The position numbers and the translations under genes are program-made. The notes below the pieces were generated by a model. It did not search any database, had not been told where the DNA came from, and saw only the letters and a list, made by a program, of their open reading frames with translations. A DNA stretch of 63,785 bases, the filler included, from Reticulomyxa filosa (Eukaryota; Protista; Foraminifera): the NCBI GenBank assembly GCA_000512085.1. It is 12 parts of 12 records of this genome, joined end to end, with 100 filler letters (N's around TTAATTAATTAA, not from the genome) between each part and the next. Parts side by side here need not be neighbours in the genome. Positions count along the whole stretch, not along the records: positions 1 to 14,219 come from ASPP01012272.1; positions 14,320 to 19,881 come from ASPP01019735.1; positions 19,982 to 22,451 come from ASPP01027965.1; positions 22,552 to 24,164 come from ASPP01021009.1; 8 more parts are not named here. One strand, 5' to 3'. Of this stretch, positions 12,003-22,986 are shown piece after piece (positions within the stretch are counted from its first letter, which is position 1; each line of letters opens with the position of its first letter).

Positions 12003-13245
12003 ATGCCAAATGAAATTTGTCACGAAGCAGTAGTGGCTTCCTCAATAGGAACATTGCTAACAGTAGATTTTGTGTTTTTAGTAGTGCAGACGTTGACGTT
12101 GATCTATGTGATCGTTATGCTGAAAACAAAAGCGGACATGCAAGACATGAATCCCGAGTTGCGTTGGCTATCCCTAATCTACCACATCTCTGCCTTTGCA
12201 TTACTGCTGAACGAGTTTACTCACCATGCATGGGGAGCAGCACAATGGGCAATCCGCTACAATTGGTACTGTCATTTGATATACTTTTTATTTGGGTTCA
12301 ATCTATTGGTAGTGTATGGGATCAACATTTTATTTTGGCTTTACAGATTATGTAATGTTGCTACACATGCCAAAAAAAAATATGTGTATATACCCTAACA
12401 TATATAAGTATATTTACATATACATACATGTTTATATTTAGCTTTATTTTTTTTTTTTGTGTATACGTACTAAGTTTTTTTGTTTGAATTCTATAATTAT
12501 ACTTTGGAAACAAAAAAAAGAACAAAAAAAACAAAAAACAGCGATTGTATTTCAAGGCACGTCATTGCGAATTGCAAAGAGTGTGTTCGGTTGTATTCTC
12601 GGTTCGTTGGGTTTGACGGTGCTGTTGGTACTGTGTGTATCGATATGGCTCGGTGTGTCGAGTGATTGCGTAGTCCCCGGGGTGAGCTCCGACTTTGAAG
12701 TGAAGTGGCTGTTTTCAAAAGCAAAAGATAACGTGTACTATTTTTGCCATCAACAGCCAGTTGCAAGTATTATGCTTACAGTGGTGGGAACGATCCTTGC
12801 TTGCGGATTGAATGGGGTAATTGCATACATGTACGTTTCACGTATCCTCGAGACTGTGAAAATGGTACAAACAAGTATGCAAGTAGAATGTCTGCGACCT
12901 ACTACAGTAGTGATAAAGGAACAAGAAATGGAAGAGGGAGGAAAGAAAAAAAACCATGAAAATGCAAAAACAAAGTCTGGTGTCTGTGTTGAAGCGGAGC
13001 CACTTTTAGCACACGCGTGCAAGGCCGGCATTATCGCTTTTACCAGTATTCTCAGCACTATCATTTCTTTTACATTGGCCTCCAGTACTAAATATGAACA
13101 GTTTCTAGCTGCCGATACTATCTTTAATGGATTCCTCATTTGTTGTAGTTTCACGTTTGGACAGAAGTTTTTCGATTGCATGTTTGGAAATTGTTCTGCC
13201 AGGTTGTTTCAATATCTTACTCTCTTGGTCGTTACAAATCCTTGA
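12003..13245 (+). CDS. Multi-pass (about 7TM, GPCR-like) membrane protein, 2 exons
   Basis: Three hydrophobic helices in exon 1 and four in exon 2. Intron ~12352-12542 joins ...YRL-S-IVFQG in frame. Confidence 0.6.
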
Positions 13246-14219
13246 CCTTTTTTAAAATCATTGCAAGTAAAAAATAGCCATTTTTAAATTTTTGTTCGAT
13301 GTTCTGTTATTGCATTTGCACCGACATGTGCTCATATTCTCTCAATTGCGCTAACTCCGAGCTCAGCTAAACATAAAAAAACAATTGCTTTAAAAAAAAG
13401 TAAAAATGATCGAAACAGTGTGCTTTGCAAGAAATAAAACTTGTTTCTTTAGCAGCTTTCAAAAACTTTGGTCACGATCACTTCTTACTGTATTCATATT
13501 TGTTTAGCCACGACAAAGAAAAACTTATAGCGAAGCAGTTTCCTATATTTTTTTGCAAAAGATTTATCTATGCTTTTCTTTCATGCTTCAGAATTGACCT
13601 CCCACTTGTTTAATTTGTAGTTCATAATAGAAAATCATGTTTGAAATATTTTTTGCTTAAAATCATTTTCAATATAACTAAAAAAAAGTGAGAATGTCTG
13701 TTTTCTATGACTTTAAAATTGAGAAAGTTCAGCATGTAATCAAGTTATCAAATGACATCAACTGATACCTTTGACATAAGCTTTAACTTATTTTTGTATT
13801 TTCAAATACATTTAACTTTAGATATTATTTAAAATAAAATTGGATTTATGTAAATTTTCATTGTTGCATCTAATTAGGCAAGCAAATTAGTGCATTTTTA
13901 ATCTATTCTAAAGCAAAATTTTGATCAATATTGATTAGATTTATAACATTAACATATTAAAGAATTGTTTTAAACTTACGTATATCAAGCCCACTAACCG
14001 CAAGAAATTCGACAAATAAGTATAAAGTGAATAAAATTTCCACAATACGAAAAAAACGAAAATATGAAATAATACAAGATTCGAATATCAGCACTAACCC
14101 AATAATATTTGATAATCTTATCAACTTACTACAAAAAAATAACCTAAATTATAACAGTATTGTACATTTTTCACGTTTTTCTGCAGTCGACTTCTTGGAC
14201 AATCTCAGAATTAAAAAAT

Positions 14220-14319
14220 NNNNNNNNNNNNNNNNNNNNNNNNNNNNNNNNNNNNNNNNNNNNTTAATTAATTAANNNNNNNNNNNNNNNNNNNNNNNNN
14301 NNNNNNNNNNNNNNNNNNN
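14220..14319. other. Artificial contig spacer N44-TTAATTAATTAA-N44
   Basis: Identical 100-bp block with stops in all six frames, present 11 times. Confidence 0.97.
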
Positions 14320-14459
14320 CTTTAAATCATTTATTTTGTTCATTTTATCAAGTTGTTCCTGCATTTTGAGTGTATTAAAAACTCATTAAAGGAACTTACA
14401 AGCAACAAAAAGAACGGAAAAAAGGATCTGGCAGATAATTTCTAAAAAAAATAAATAAT

Positions 14460-16400
14460 ATATCTTCAAATGAAAAATGTTCTCGCCTTTCAGCATCTCC
14501 AGGTAAAAACGGTGGTCGAACATCGGGTATTCGGCCAGGGGCGCAAAGTGGTGCAACTCCTAAAGACAAGATGAACCTCACGATGAATGGCAAGTTGGGA
14601 GTGAAGTAAAGATTTATCAAAATGGGAAATGGCACAAGGCAACAATAGTAGCCTTGAGCAAAAGCAATGTATGAGCAAGCAATGGGAACGCGAACAAAAG
14701 CAGTGTTTCGACGAATGACCTTTTCAATTGTCTATTAGAAGACGGGAAGGCACCAGTGCGAGTGAATAGGTGGGATGTATCAATCTAGTCAAGCAATTTG
14801 GAGATTGACGATGACGAGCAGCAGGATAATGCAGACGATGACCAAGACTTGCTCATGACAGCGGGGCAAACGACAAAGGGTTGAACGGAACAATGAAAGA
14901 GTACAGCAAAATGAAAAACAAAGAGGAAAATGACACGGACGAAGGACCAAACGCAGCCGGACACACGGACTATGACTCAGCAGGATTGCAATTGGCGAGC
15001 AAGTCGAATCGAAAGCGAGCAAAGTAAGGAAGTAAAAGATGATAGGTGATAGCAGTGGAGCGGTCATTGGCGACGTAAGCGTCTATGTGAAAAGCAACGA
15101 GAAATCGGACATACTACAACATCAGATGGAAGCGCAAATATCGGCCATTTGCGGATATATCGTGTGGGTCAATTAGTGCGATGTGACCCAATTGCAAGGG
15201 TATTACAAATATGTAGGATTTCGCAATGACCACTACGCCTTTGTCCATAAGCAAGATCATCGAGCGGAGTTAATTGCCGATTACAAAGGCTATTGTTACT
15301 TAGGTATGAAAAAACGATTATGTATAAATCTTCAGGTATTTTTTTTTGTTTACGCATGTTTTATATTTCACTATACGTACTTTGTAAAGAAAAAAAAAGG
15401 TTGGAGATTTGTGATGAATGAAGTGTACATAGCATATACATATACAAATGTATATATATTTATATACGTATATGTATATGTATATTATAGAAAGTGACGA
15501 GAACCCACCTTCTTGTCGGAGAAGGGCACATTACCCCATCTAAGAATAACGCGCGTGCCTTTGCCAGAGGACGGCAAGCCGATGGTCAACTACGACAAGC
15601 ACAAGCTGCGATTAAAGACGGAAGGGGAGGGCTTTGAACTGTTGCAGAAAGTGCCCAAGGATAATTTGGCGGCAAAAAACAATCGGCCCGTGGGTAGCTT
15701 CAGCGTGAGTAGTAGCGGCAATAGCAATGGTAGTGATGGAAAAGAAAAGTCCAACAATGGAAATCTGTCACCGACGTCGCAGCGTGATGACGATGGAAAG
15801 AAGCAGAAAAAAAGTGGCGTAAATCGAAACGACTACGTAAATCGGAGCTGTTTGTTGATGATAGCAATAACAATAACACAACAACGGTAATAACAATAGT
15901 AATGGAACAACGAGTGATCGTATGATGGACGGAGGATTTGATGAGTTGGAATCCCGACCAGATCCTCGAGTTTACGTTCCAAGGGAATCAAGCTTTGGGC
16001 TTTAGCGTGAATGTGACAAGTTGAATGGAAGTGGCAAAAGTGAAGGAAAATGGCCAAGAGCAGCAGTTGGGACTGAAACAAGGCGACATATTGATCCGCA
16101 TTGACGAAGGGAATGTTGGGAATAATTGAGAAAAGGCAAACAGTCGCTGAAAGACTGCGTGACGAAGCATAGCAAATTCACGTTTTCGCGACGCCAAGTG
16201 GATAAGCTGAGCATTTTTGTGTCTCGTGCGGGCATGGAGACGTTGAACGGAAAGTATGTGTTTTGGAAACGAGATAGCCAAAGTCATGGAGTGCCTATTT
16301 TTGTGAAAGAGACGGACTACACATGCAAATATCTGAAAGGACGAAATGAATCTGAAGACGAAGAGAAAGCAGAAAGACCAAAAGAGTATGCGAGTAAAAA
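14460..16400 (+). pseudogene. Decayed multidomain gene: Tudor/Agenet-like domain, 'AG...NG.Y' repeats and PDZ domain
   Basis: WQVGSEVKIYQNGKWHKATI (Tudor-like); QALGFSVNVTS*MEVAKVKENGQEQQLGLKQGDILIRID (PDZ); VSRAGMETLNGKY. Many stops and frameshifts. Confidence 0.55.
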
Positions 16401-16719
16401 TGTACGTTTTAAAATTTTTTCTGTAGCAATACGTACGTATAGTAAATAATAGACATATACATTGCATAAAAATAAATGATAAAATTAGGATGGATAAAAT
16501 CGTCAACAAATTTTTTTTTATTTCTAGTTTTGTCGAATATATATGTTTGAACTTTCTTATTCAACTCATTTTGAAAAATTGAAACGAAACTTTTCTCCAA
16601 AAAAAAAAAGAAGTTTTATGATTATTCGAGCAAACACTTTTTCGTTGGTCGAAAAAAAGACTTCAAAAAAATTCTTTTGTTTGTTGGATATTAATGCTCT
16701 TTCACAGAACAACTTTTTA

Positions 16720-16804
16720 AGATGATGGTGATTAATAATAATACAACCTTCTGATGCAGTGTGATTTCTTTCGTATTATCACCATGAATCCTAAAATTAT
16801 CATA
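16720..16804 (-). pseudogene. Tlde1/DUF2778-like (L,D-transpeptidase fold) catalytic-motif fragment
   Basis: With one 1-nt indel it reads YDNFRIHGDNTK[x]NHTASEGCIIINPP, matching the F-x-IHGD...ASxGCI motif as I recall it for this family. Confidence 0.6.
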
Positions 16805-16997
16805 TAATTGTCTTTCATATTTTCTTTAACAAATACAAGATTAAAATGCTCTTACTTTTTGTAATATTTGCTTAAAAGACAGAAAGTATTGTCTTTTTTT
16901 AAACTATTTTTCAAAAATAAAGTAAATATATAACTATCGTGAAAAAAAACATATATTTATTTATTTATTTTTAAATAAAAACAAAAGGAAAAAACTT

Positions 16998-17975
16998 AAC
17001 GAAATTTGAAATTAATTTATTGAGTTTATTTATCCATCCAAATTTAATGTGGGCAATCATAACCCAATGTTGTATAATTATTCGGATATCCGCAATTGTC
17101 TATAAAAAAAAACAAACTTAAAATAATTAATTTTTTAAAGAAGTTAACGAATAATGTCTTGTCTTTATTATGACTATGCTTGATACTTTTCTGTCTTTGA
17201 TTCATTTTGAATACCACCTACAAGTTTTGCATTTAATTCATTAACATATGATAACACATTTGTGCATCTTTGCGCAAACATAAGCATGTCATGACAAATA
17301 TCATGTTTTGCCAAAGCAATATAGTCTTCGATGCTCAAATCGTTAATTTCAGTTACTTTCTTCACTGTTCTCGAGCATATATACATTGAAGCAAGACTAT
17401 CCAATACAATGATGATTCCACCATCAAATGAGAAGCCAAATTTCGTTGTTCAATGTGCAAATTTTTGTATGAGTTCATTTTTTTTGTTATAAAAGCTAAT
17501 ATAAAAATAAATAAATAGATAAACTTGATATTTTCATTTTGCTGATGTTGAAATTTTCTTGGATGAAATTTATCATCACTTGCACTAGTTTCGATTTTTT
17601 CCTCATTTGATGACTTTTTTACCAACCAACCTTTTTTTTAATCATTTGTTTGTTAGTTTTATTAGATTGCTCACATTTTCCCACAATTTCTGCAATTGTT
17701 TCACCATTTTCTCCCCCGATACAGGCTTCACCACTGTTAGCGCGTAAAATAACTCGCTCGGGTCACAGCTATTACAATCGCGATACTCGTGTGAAAAGTC
17801 CATCTCGAATATGTGTTCTGTCACACCCGTACATTTAAATTGCACATTTTTGTTCCCGAAGCGCCCTCGCCATGTGTGCACAGGAATGCACATCTTGCGA
17901 GTCTCATAGAGGCCTCTTGCCAAGGCAATTGAATGCTTTTCTTCAACTATTAAACAGGTACTGACATTTATTTCA
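16998..17975 (-). CDS. Hypothetical multi-exon protein ending in the 'IIQHW...IKFGWI' motif (possibly a pseudogene)
   Basis: Consecutive minus-strand ORF pieces (17642-17923, 17362-17625, 17174-17404) and a last exon IADIRIIIQHWVMIAHIKFGWINKLNKLISNF. Confidence 0.4.
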
Positions 17976-18189
17976 ATAATAATGTTTTTTTATTATTATT
18001 ACCCCCCACTTATCAAGTTCGTTCAATTTTGAAATTCCAACAACGAGAGTACAAGTTGAAATTTAGTTGATTGAAAGATTAGGGGAAACGCCATACTTTA
18101 CAATGGTAAAAAAAAAATGACATTAACAATCCTTTATTTTAAGGTTTTTTTTAACACGTACAAACGTCTAAGAAATTTTGACAATCTTC

Positions 18190-18255
18190 GCAAGAAACAA
18201 CAAGCCTGGGAAAGAGGTGAACCTCTGCGAGAGTGACATTGAAAGACTTGTGTGA
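18190..18255 (+). pseudogene. PP1 catalytic subunit N-terminal fragment
   Basis: ARNNKPGKEVNLCESDIERL resembles PP1 '[20 protein letters not shown]'. Confidence 0.45.
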
Positions 18256-18257
18256 AA

Positions 18258-18949
18258 TATGACGAAACTCTGGTAAGTAGTAGCACAAACATTGTATTAA
18301 AAAACATGGGCAACATAAATTGAAACGAGTGAATAAAAAATGCATATAGAGTGAACTTTATGGAAAAGATAATCCATCTAAAAAACGTGGATGTAGATAT
18401 ATCGATATGGGATTTAGGTGGTCAAAAAAACTTTAGCACATTAATACCATTAGTGTGCAGTAAAGCCAAATTAGTGCTATTTGCCTTTGATTTGACATCA
18501 AAGCAATCTCTACATTATGTGAAGATATGGTACAAAGAAGCGAGGAAAGAAAATAAAGTATGTTTATTTATATTTTGTCCTTCTTTTTTCAAGAAAAAAA
18601 AGGAGATAGGACAGAAGGAAAAATCCTTTCAAAAAAAAAGTAATGTTGTACGTATTTACAAACTTTTTTTTTAAAAAAGGTGTTTATGGCATCACTAATT
18701 GGAACGAAATATGATTTGTTTGATGGACTTCCAGATACGTATAAACAGCAATTAACAACTCAAGCTCAAAAATTTGATCAAAAAATGCACGCTACATTGA
18801 TGTATTGCTCGTCTGTTAAATCAATAAACGTTGCAAAAATTGCTCAGGTCATTGACGTGATCAAGGTGTTCAATATGGACACCAAAGTTGAAGAGTTCCA
18901 CAATGAATTAACTGAACCTATTTTGGAATACAATCATCAAGTGGTATGA
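18258..18949 (+). pseudogene. Spg1/Tem1-family small GTPase lacking its P-loop (5'-truncated)
   Basis: YDETL|VNFMEK...ISIWDLGGQ...LIPLVC...FAFDLT...WYKEAR..NK|...IGTKYDLF. No GxxxxGKT upstream, and the first splice junction is out of frame. Confidence 0.8.
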
Positions 18950-19272
18950 TTTTTAAAAATATTATAAATGTAGTTTTTTTTTAAGAAACAAAAAGTATAT
19001 TTATTATACAATATATAATTTGTATTTGTGTGAATGGATAACATAAGAGCGGAGACGATGACAGACGAAGAAACAAAAAAAAAAGAGAACAAGTGAAAAA
19101 TCGGAAAAAACAGAAGGAGCAATAATGTAGATGCTGGAAAAAAAGAATAAATTTTTTAAATAAAATTAAAATTGTCTGAAAAAAAAACTTCTTTTTAACA
19201 TTGATGTTTTTTTTCTTAAACGAAATTGTCCTCGTTTTTCTTTTCTTTCTAATTTTTTTGGAAGATAGCACA

Positions 19273-19540
19273 TCATTTGCAAGTGACTGAATTCGCATAG
19301 TTCCACAATTCAGCACTGTTGTATGCATCGGCAGCTGTTCTGGACATGTGACAGTAGTATTAGACATCACCTTCGGCATAATTGTGCGTCACTGTACGAT
19401 AGGCACTATTGATATACATTGCACTCTGTAACGTATCTCTTACTGCTTGCAAACGTTGAACCAACTCCGGTGCCAATTGAATCCGCCACTGCCATCTTTG
19501 CTTACAAATTATTTCACTGCAAAATTATTCTAGATATTGC
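19273..19540 (-). pseudogene. Peptidase M15A (zinc D-Ala-D-Ala peptidase-like, Peptidase_M15_3) remnant
   Basis: NI*NNFAVK*FVSKDGSG/IQLAPELVQRLQAVRDTLQSAMYINSAYRTVTHNYAEGDV*YYCHMSRTAAD. It keeps F..EF..KDGS (E lost to a stop), L..LQ.RD, INS.YR...HN and H-x6-D; 3 stops and 1 frameshift. Confidence 0.75.
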
Positions 19541-19640
19541 CAAACATATAATTGCCAAAAATGAAACTAAATCAAACTCCAATGGCAAACTTAACAAACA
19601 AGAGTTCCTACAAGTCATTTGTAAAGATGTTTTGATTAAA
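19533..19640 (+). pseudogene. EF-hand fragment
   Basis: DIAKHII...SNSNGKLNKQEFLQVI resembles a degenerate EF-hand loop and helix. Confidence 0.35.
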
Positions 19641-19881
19641 AAACCGACTATTTCTTCTGCCAAAGAAGATATTTACAATTATTGATTTGTTTTTGTTTTT
19701 TTTTTGAAAGCACATGCTAATCCAAGTCACTTTTTTTATGTGATCTTTCAAAACTCTTTTTTGCGGAGTTTGTAAAAGACAATCTTATCTTTTGAAATGT
19801 TCACGACATATGACAAGCGGTGCCATTGTATCGATGAAACACTTCAATTTCAACATAATAATACCTATTACTCAAAAAAAA

Positions 19882-19981
19882 NNNNNNNNNNNNNNNNNNN
19901 NNNNNNNNNNNNNNNNNNNNNNNNNTTAATTAATTAANNNNNNNNNNNNNNNNNNNNNNNNNNNNNNNNNNNNNNNNNNNN
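19882..19981. other. Artificial contig spacer
   Basis: N44-TTAATTAATTAA-N44. Confidence 0.97.
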
Positions 19982-20289
19982 TCTCTTTTTCACACATACA
20001 TACGTACGTACATACGTATACCACATCACATTCCATATCAACGTTTTTTCATTAAAACACAAAATTACAACATTTGGATAGTAAAAAAAAAGCAGAAACG
20101 AAAAAATTTGCCCAACAAAGCAATTTTTTTTAAAAAATATGTAGTTTTTAAATATTAAATTGGTTTTATAATAAGTTTTTTCTAGGTTGATCAAAAATAT
20201 GATTTTTTGAAATGATTTTTAAAAATTCGAAGTATAAAAGATATTTGAAAGACAACATTATTTTTATGTTTAGTTTACAAACTCATGGA

Positions 20290-20480
20290 TTTATCGATTT
20301 TATATCAATATCCAATCCAATGCTTGATAATTATTTTTATCTCTTCTTGACAATACGACCACAAATGACGCAAACTAGATACAATAAAATCATAAGACCA
20401 TACTTTCTGAAAAGTTGGACTGAAGTTTACCAGTGAGTATTGTGTTGAGGTTTGTTTCATTGGTAAGCGTGGTCGTCTTT
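20290..20480 (-). pseudogene. Decayed 5' end of a WD40-family gene ('EEIKIIIKHWI' motif)
   Basis: TTLTNE.../QEEIKIIIKHWIGY*, same motif as 47064-47161. Confidence 0.4.
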
Positions 20481-22076
20481 CAGTCTTTGTTTTCAAATTT
20501 TTGTTAAATAGCAAGTGATAAATGAAAAAAGTCATCCTTTTAAAGTTAAAAAAAGTGTATGATTTGACTAGGTAAACAAACATTATGATTTATTATAATA
20601 ATATTACAATATTGATTTTATTACACAAAGGCATAACAAGATTATTTTGAAAAGTGAGAATGTTTTTAATACTGTAAAGAAATCTTTGGGACATTGAAAT
20701 TTGACTATTTGTTACAATATATTTTTGAGATATATGCTTGTTATCTTCATTTACAAATTGTTTTTTGTTTACAATAGAATAAAAGATTGTACTTTGGATC
20801 AAAAGTGTATGCATGAACTTCAAAAAAATATATACTACTTTATAAACGTAAAATATGGTTTATTAACTGTAGTTTTGTTTATGTTATCAAAAAATAAATT
20901 TTTAAAACATAAAAATTAAATAATTTACATCTTTATCTACATATTCCATTTCCAAATGTGACGGAAATTGTTACTATCAAGATGATATTACCATAGTTTC
21001 ATTTTTTATATCTTGCTTTTATTTTTTTTGGTCAAGAAGAATCACAACAATAAATGAACCCTATCTCAAATATCATTAACAAAGTGAATTCTCCTTCTTG
21101 ACTTGTATTATTTGAAATTAACAAGAATAAAAAACGAAAGTAAAAAGATTTCCACGTTTTTAATTTAACTTTTTGTTGTTTTGCATTTAATGTTCATTTA
21201 TCAATGAAAAAAAACCCTCTAGTGTAGAAAGTAGGAAGGACACCAAGTGAAAATAAAAATGAGAAAAAGAATGTTCCTGCAGATGCGTTTTAATAACATC
21301 CATAGAAAAGAAGGACACCCATAAAAATGTTGTGTCAACGTACGAGGACACTTTTGGATTTTTTTTTTTAAAAAAACCAAGCTTTTTTGTTTTGCTATGT
21401 CGCCAGAGAAATAGTAAGCCAGAAAATGTCTAAGATGTCCCTTGCATTTTTGTTACTGAAGTTTAAGTGAGCTTAAAAAAAACAAACAAATATCAGAACC
21501 TTTGACCGTCCACCAAAATGTTATCTCCAAAAAAAAATGTTGCCAGCAATATTTACACAGTGAAATTTGATTGTCTGACTCTAAAAAAAATTTGAAGTGA
21601 TTTTTATTAGTGTGGTTATTTTAATATCTTTTCTTTAAGAAAATATATGAAATTCTCTTATATTTATTATTTTCGAAAATGTTACAAAATGCACACTCGT
21701 GTTTTTCATTTTGAAGAAAGAAAATGGAGAATTGATTGAGGATATCAATTAATTAAAAAAGTATTTAACAAAAGAGATATTTCCAACTATGTTTTTTTTT
21801 TCAATAAAAATTATAACTGATTAAAATATTTCTTCCCCTTTTCTTTTAACAACTTAACAGCAAAAAAAAAACTATTGTAAAGTTATCTTTTCCTTACTTT
21901 GAATTGAATAAAGAAAAATAGCTGAATAAAAAATGTCAAAGGTTTGTTGTAAACTTTTTTTTTTAAAAAAAATAGAGTTGGTTTTTATTTGGAAAAACGC
22001 AAATTAGAGTTAGTTTTAATTTGAAAAAATACAAATTGGAGTTTCTCTAAAAAAAAAAAAATAGATAAAAATTAAG

Positions 22077-22330
22077 ACATATGAAAAAGAAGAATTGGAG
22101 TTTAAAATAAAGAAATTAAAAGATGACGGAACTGTGCCAAGCAAGGATAAAGATAAAATATGGGATGATTTGTTAGATTTTATCAAAGAAGAATTAAGTT
22201 TGGCTGAAAAATCTCGTTTTATTTTGGTAAATGCAAACAATGAAAATGATCAAATTGAAGATGCAGATGAATTATGTGAGCATTGGAATGACTTTGCGAA
22301 TGGAAAAATGAAAAATTGCATTTTTAGCAT
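22077..22330 (+). CDS. Hypothetical protein exon, weakly PB1-like (partial)
   Basis: ORF 22095..22370 ...WDDLLDFIKEEL...FILV...DQIEDADEL, flanked by intron-like A/T runs. Confidence 0.3.
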
Positions 22331-22451
22331 GGTTCTGTGTTTTTGTGTATTTGCACATTTATATATTTGAATTTATGTAAACTTGATTTTTTAAAAAAAA
22401 TGAAAATAATAGAGATGTTTGGTAATCAAAAGAAAAAAAAGAGTATGGACA

Positions 22452-22551
22452 NNNNNNNNNNNNNNNNNNNNNNNNNNNNNNNNNNNNNNNNNNNNTTAAT
22501 TAATTAANNNNNNNNNNNNNNNNNNNNNNNNNNNNNNNNNNNNNNNNNNNN
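22452..22551. other. Artificial contig spacer
   Basis: N44-TTAATTAATTAA-N44. Confidence 0.97.
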
Positions 22552-22986
22552 AAAGTATTGAATTTGAAATGTAACGTTTAAAATCAGTACGTGTAGCCAT
22601 GAAAGAACACATTTTTACTGTATGAATATTGTTTGAAAATTTTTGAACACTGCTTCAAATCACACAATGAGAGCAAGCGTGTTTTCGTTGATTAAACATT
22701 TCACACTGTATCCATGCCGTTTGAGAATCGTAACAATGAAAAAAAAGCTTGTTATTGATATTGGCTGTTGATAATTATTTAGTAATCTATTTGTCATATC
22801 CCTTGAGATTACCTCCTTATCTACTTCCAATATGGTAAAAAAGGTCGTCAGTTCTCAGGTGTGCAAAAGGAGGGTAGAGTCTTGCGGAAGGGGCGCAAAA
22901 AAAATTTCCCGCATATCGCTGTGAACTTTTGTTTATCGTTTTTGTTGAATCGAGTGCTTCTCTGAATATTTCAGATTTTGGCTATC

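Noticed and set aside
14670-16130. In-frame TGA codons as stop-codon reassignment or selenocysteine
   Set aside because: The same regions carry frameshifts and TAA/TAG stops, and intact genes end in TGA (13245, 42656); ordinary pseudogene decay fits better
21230-21520. Short recurring AGGACAC / GTCC words as transposon termini
   Set aside because: Too short and irregular; no clear TIR pair or target-site duplication
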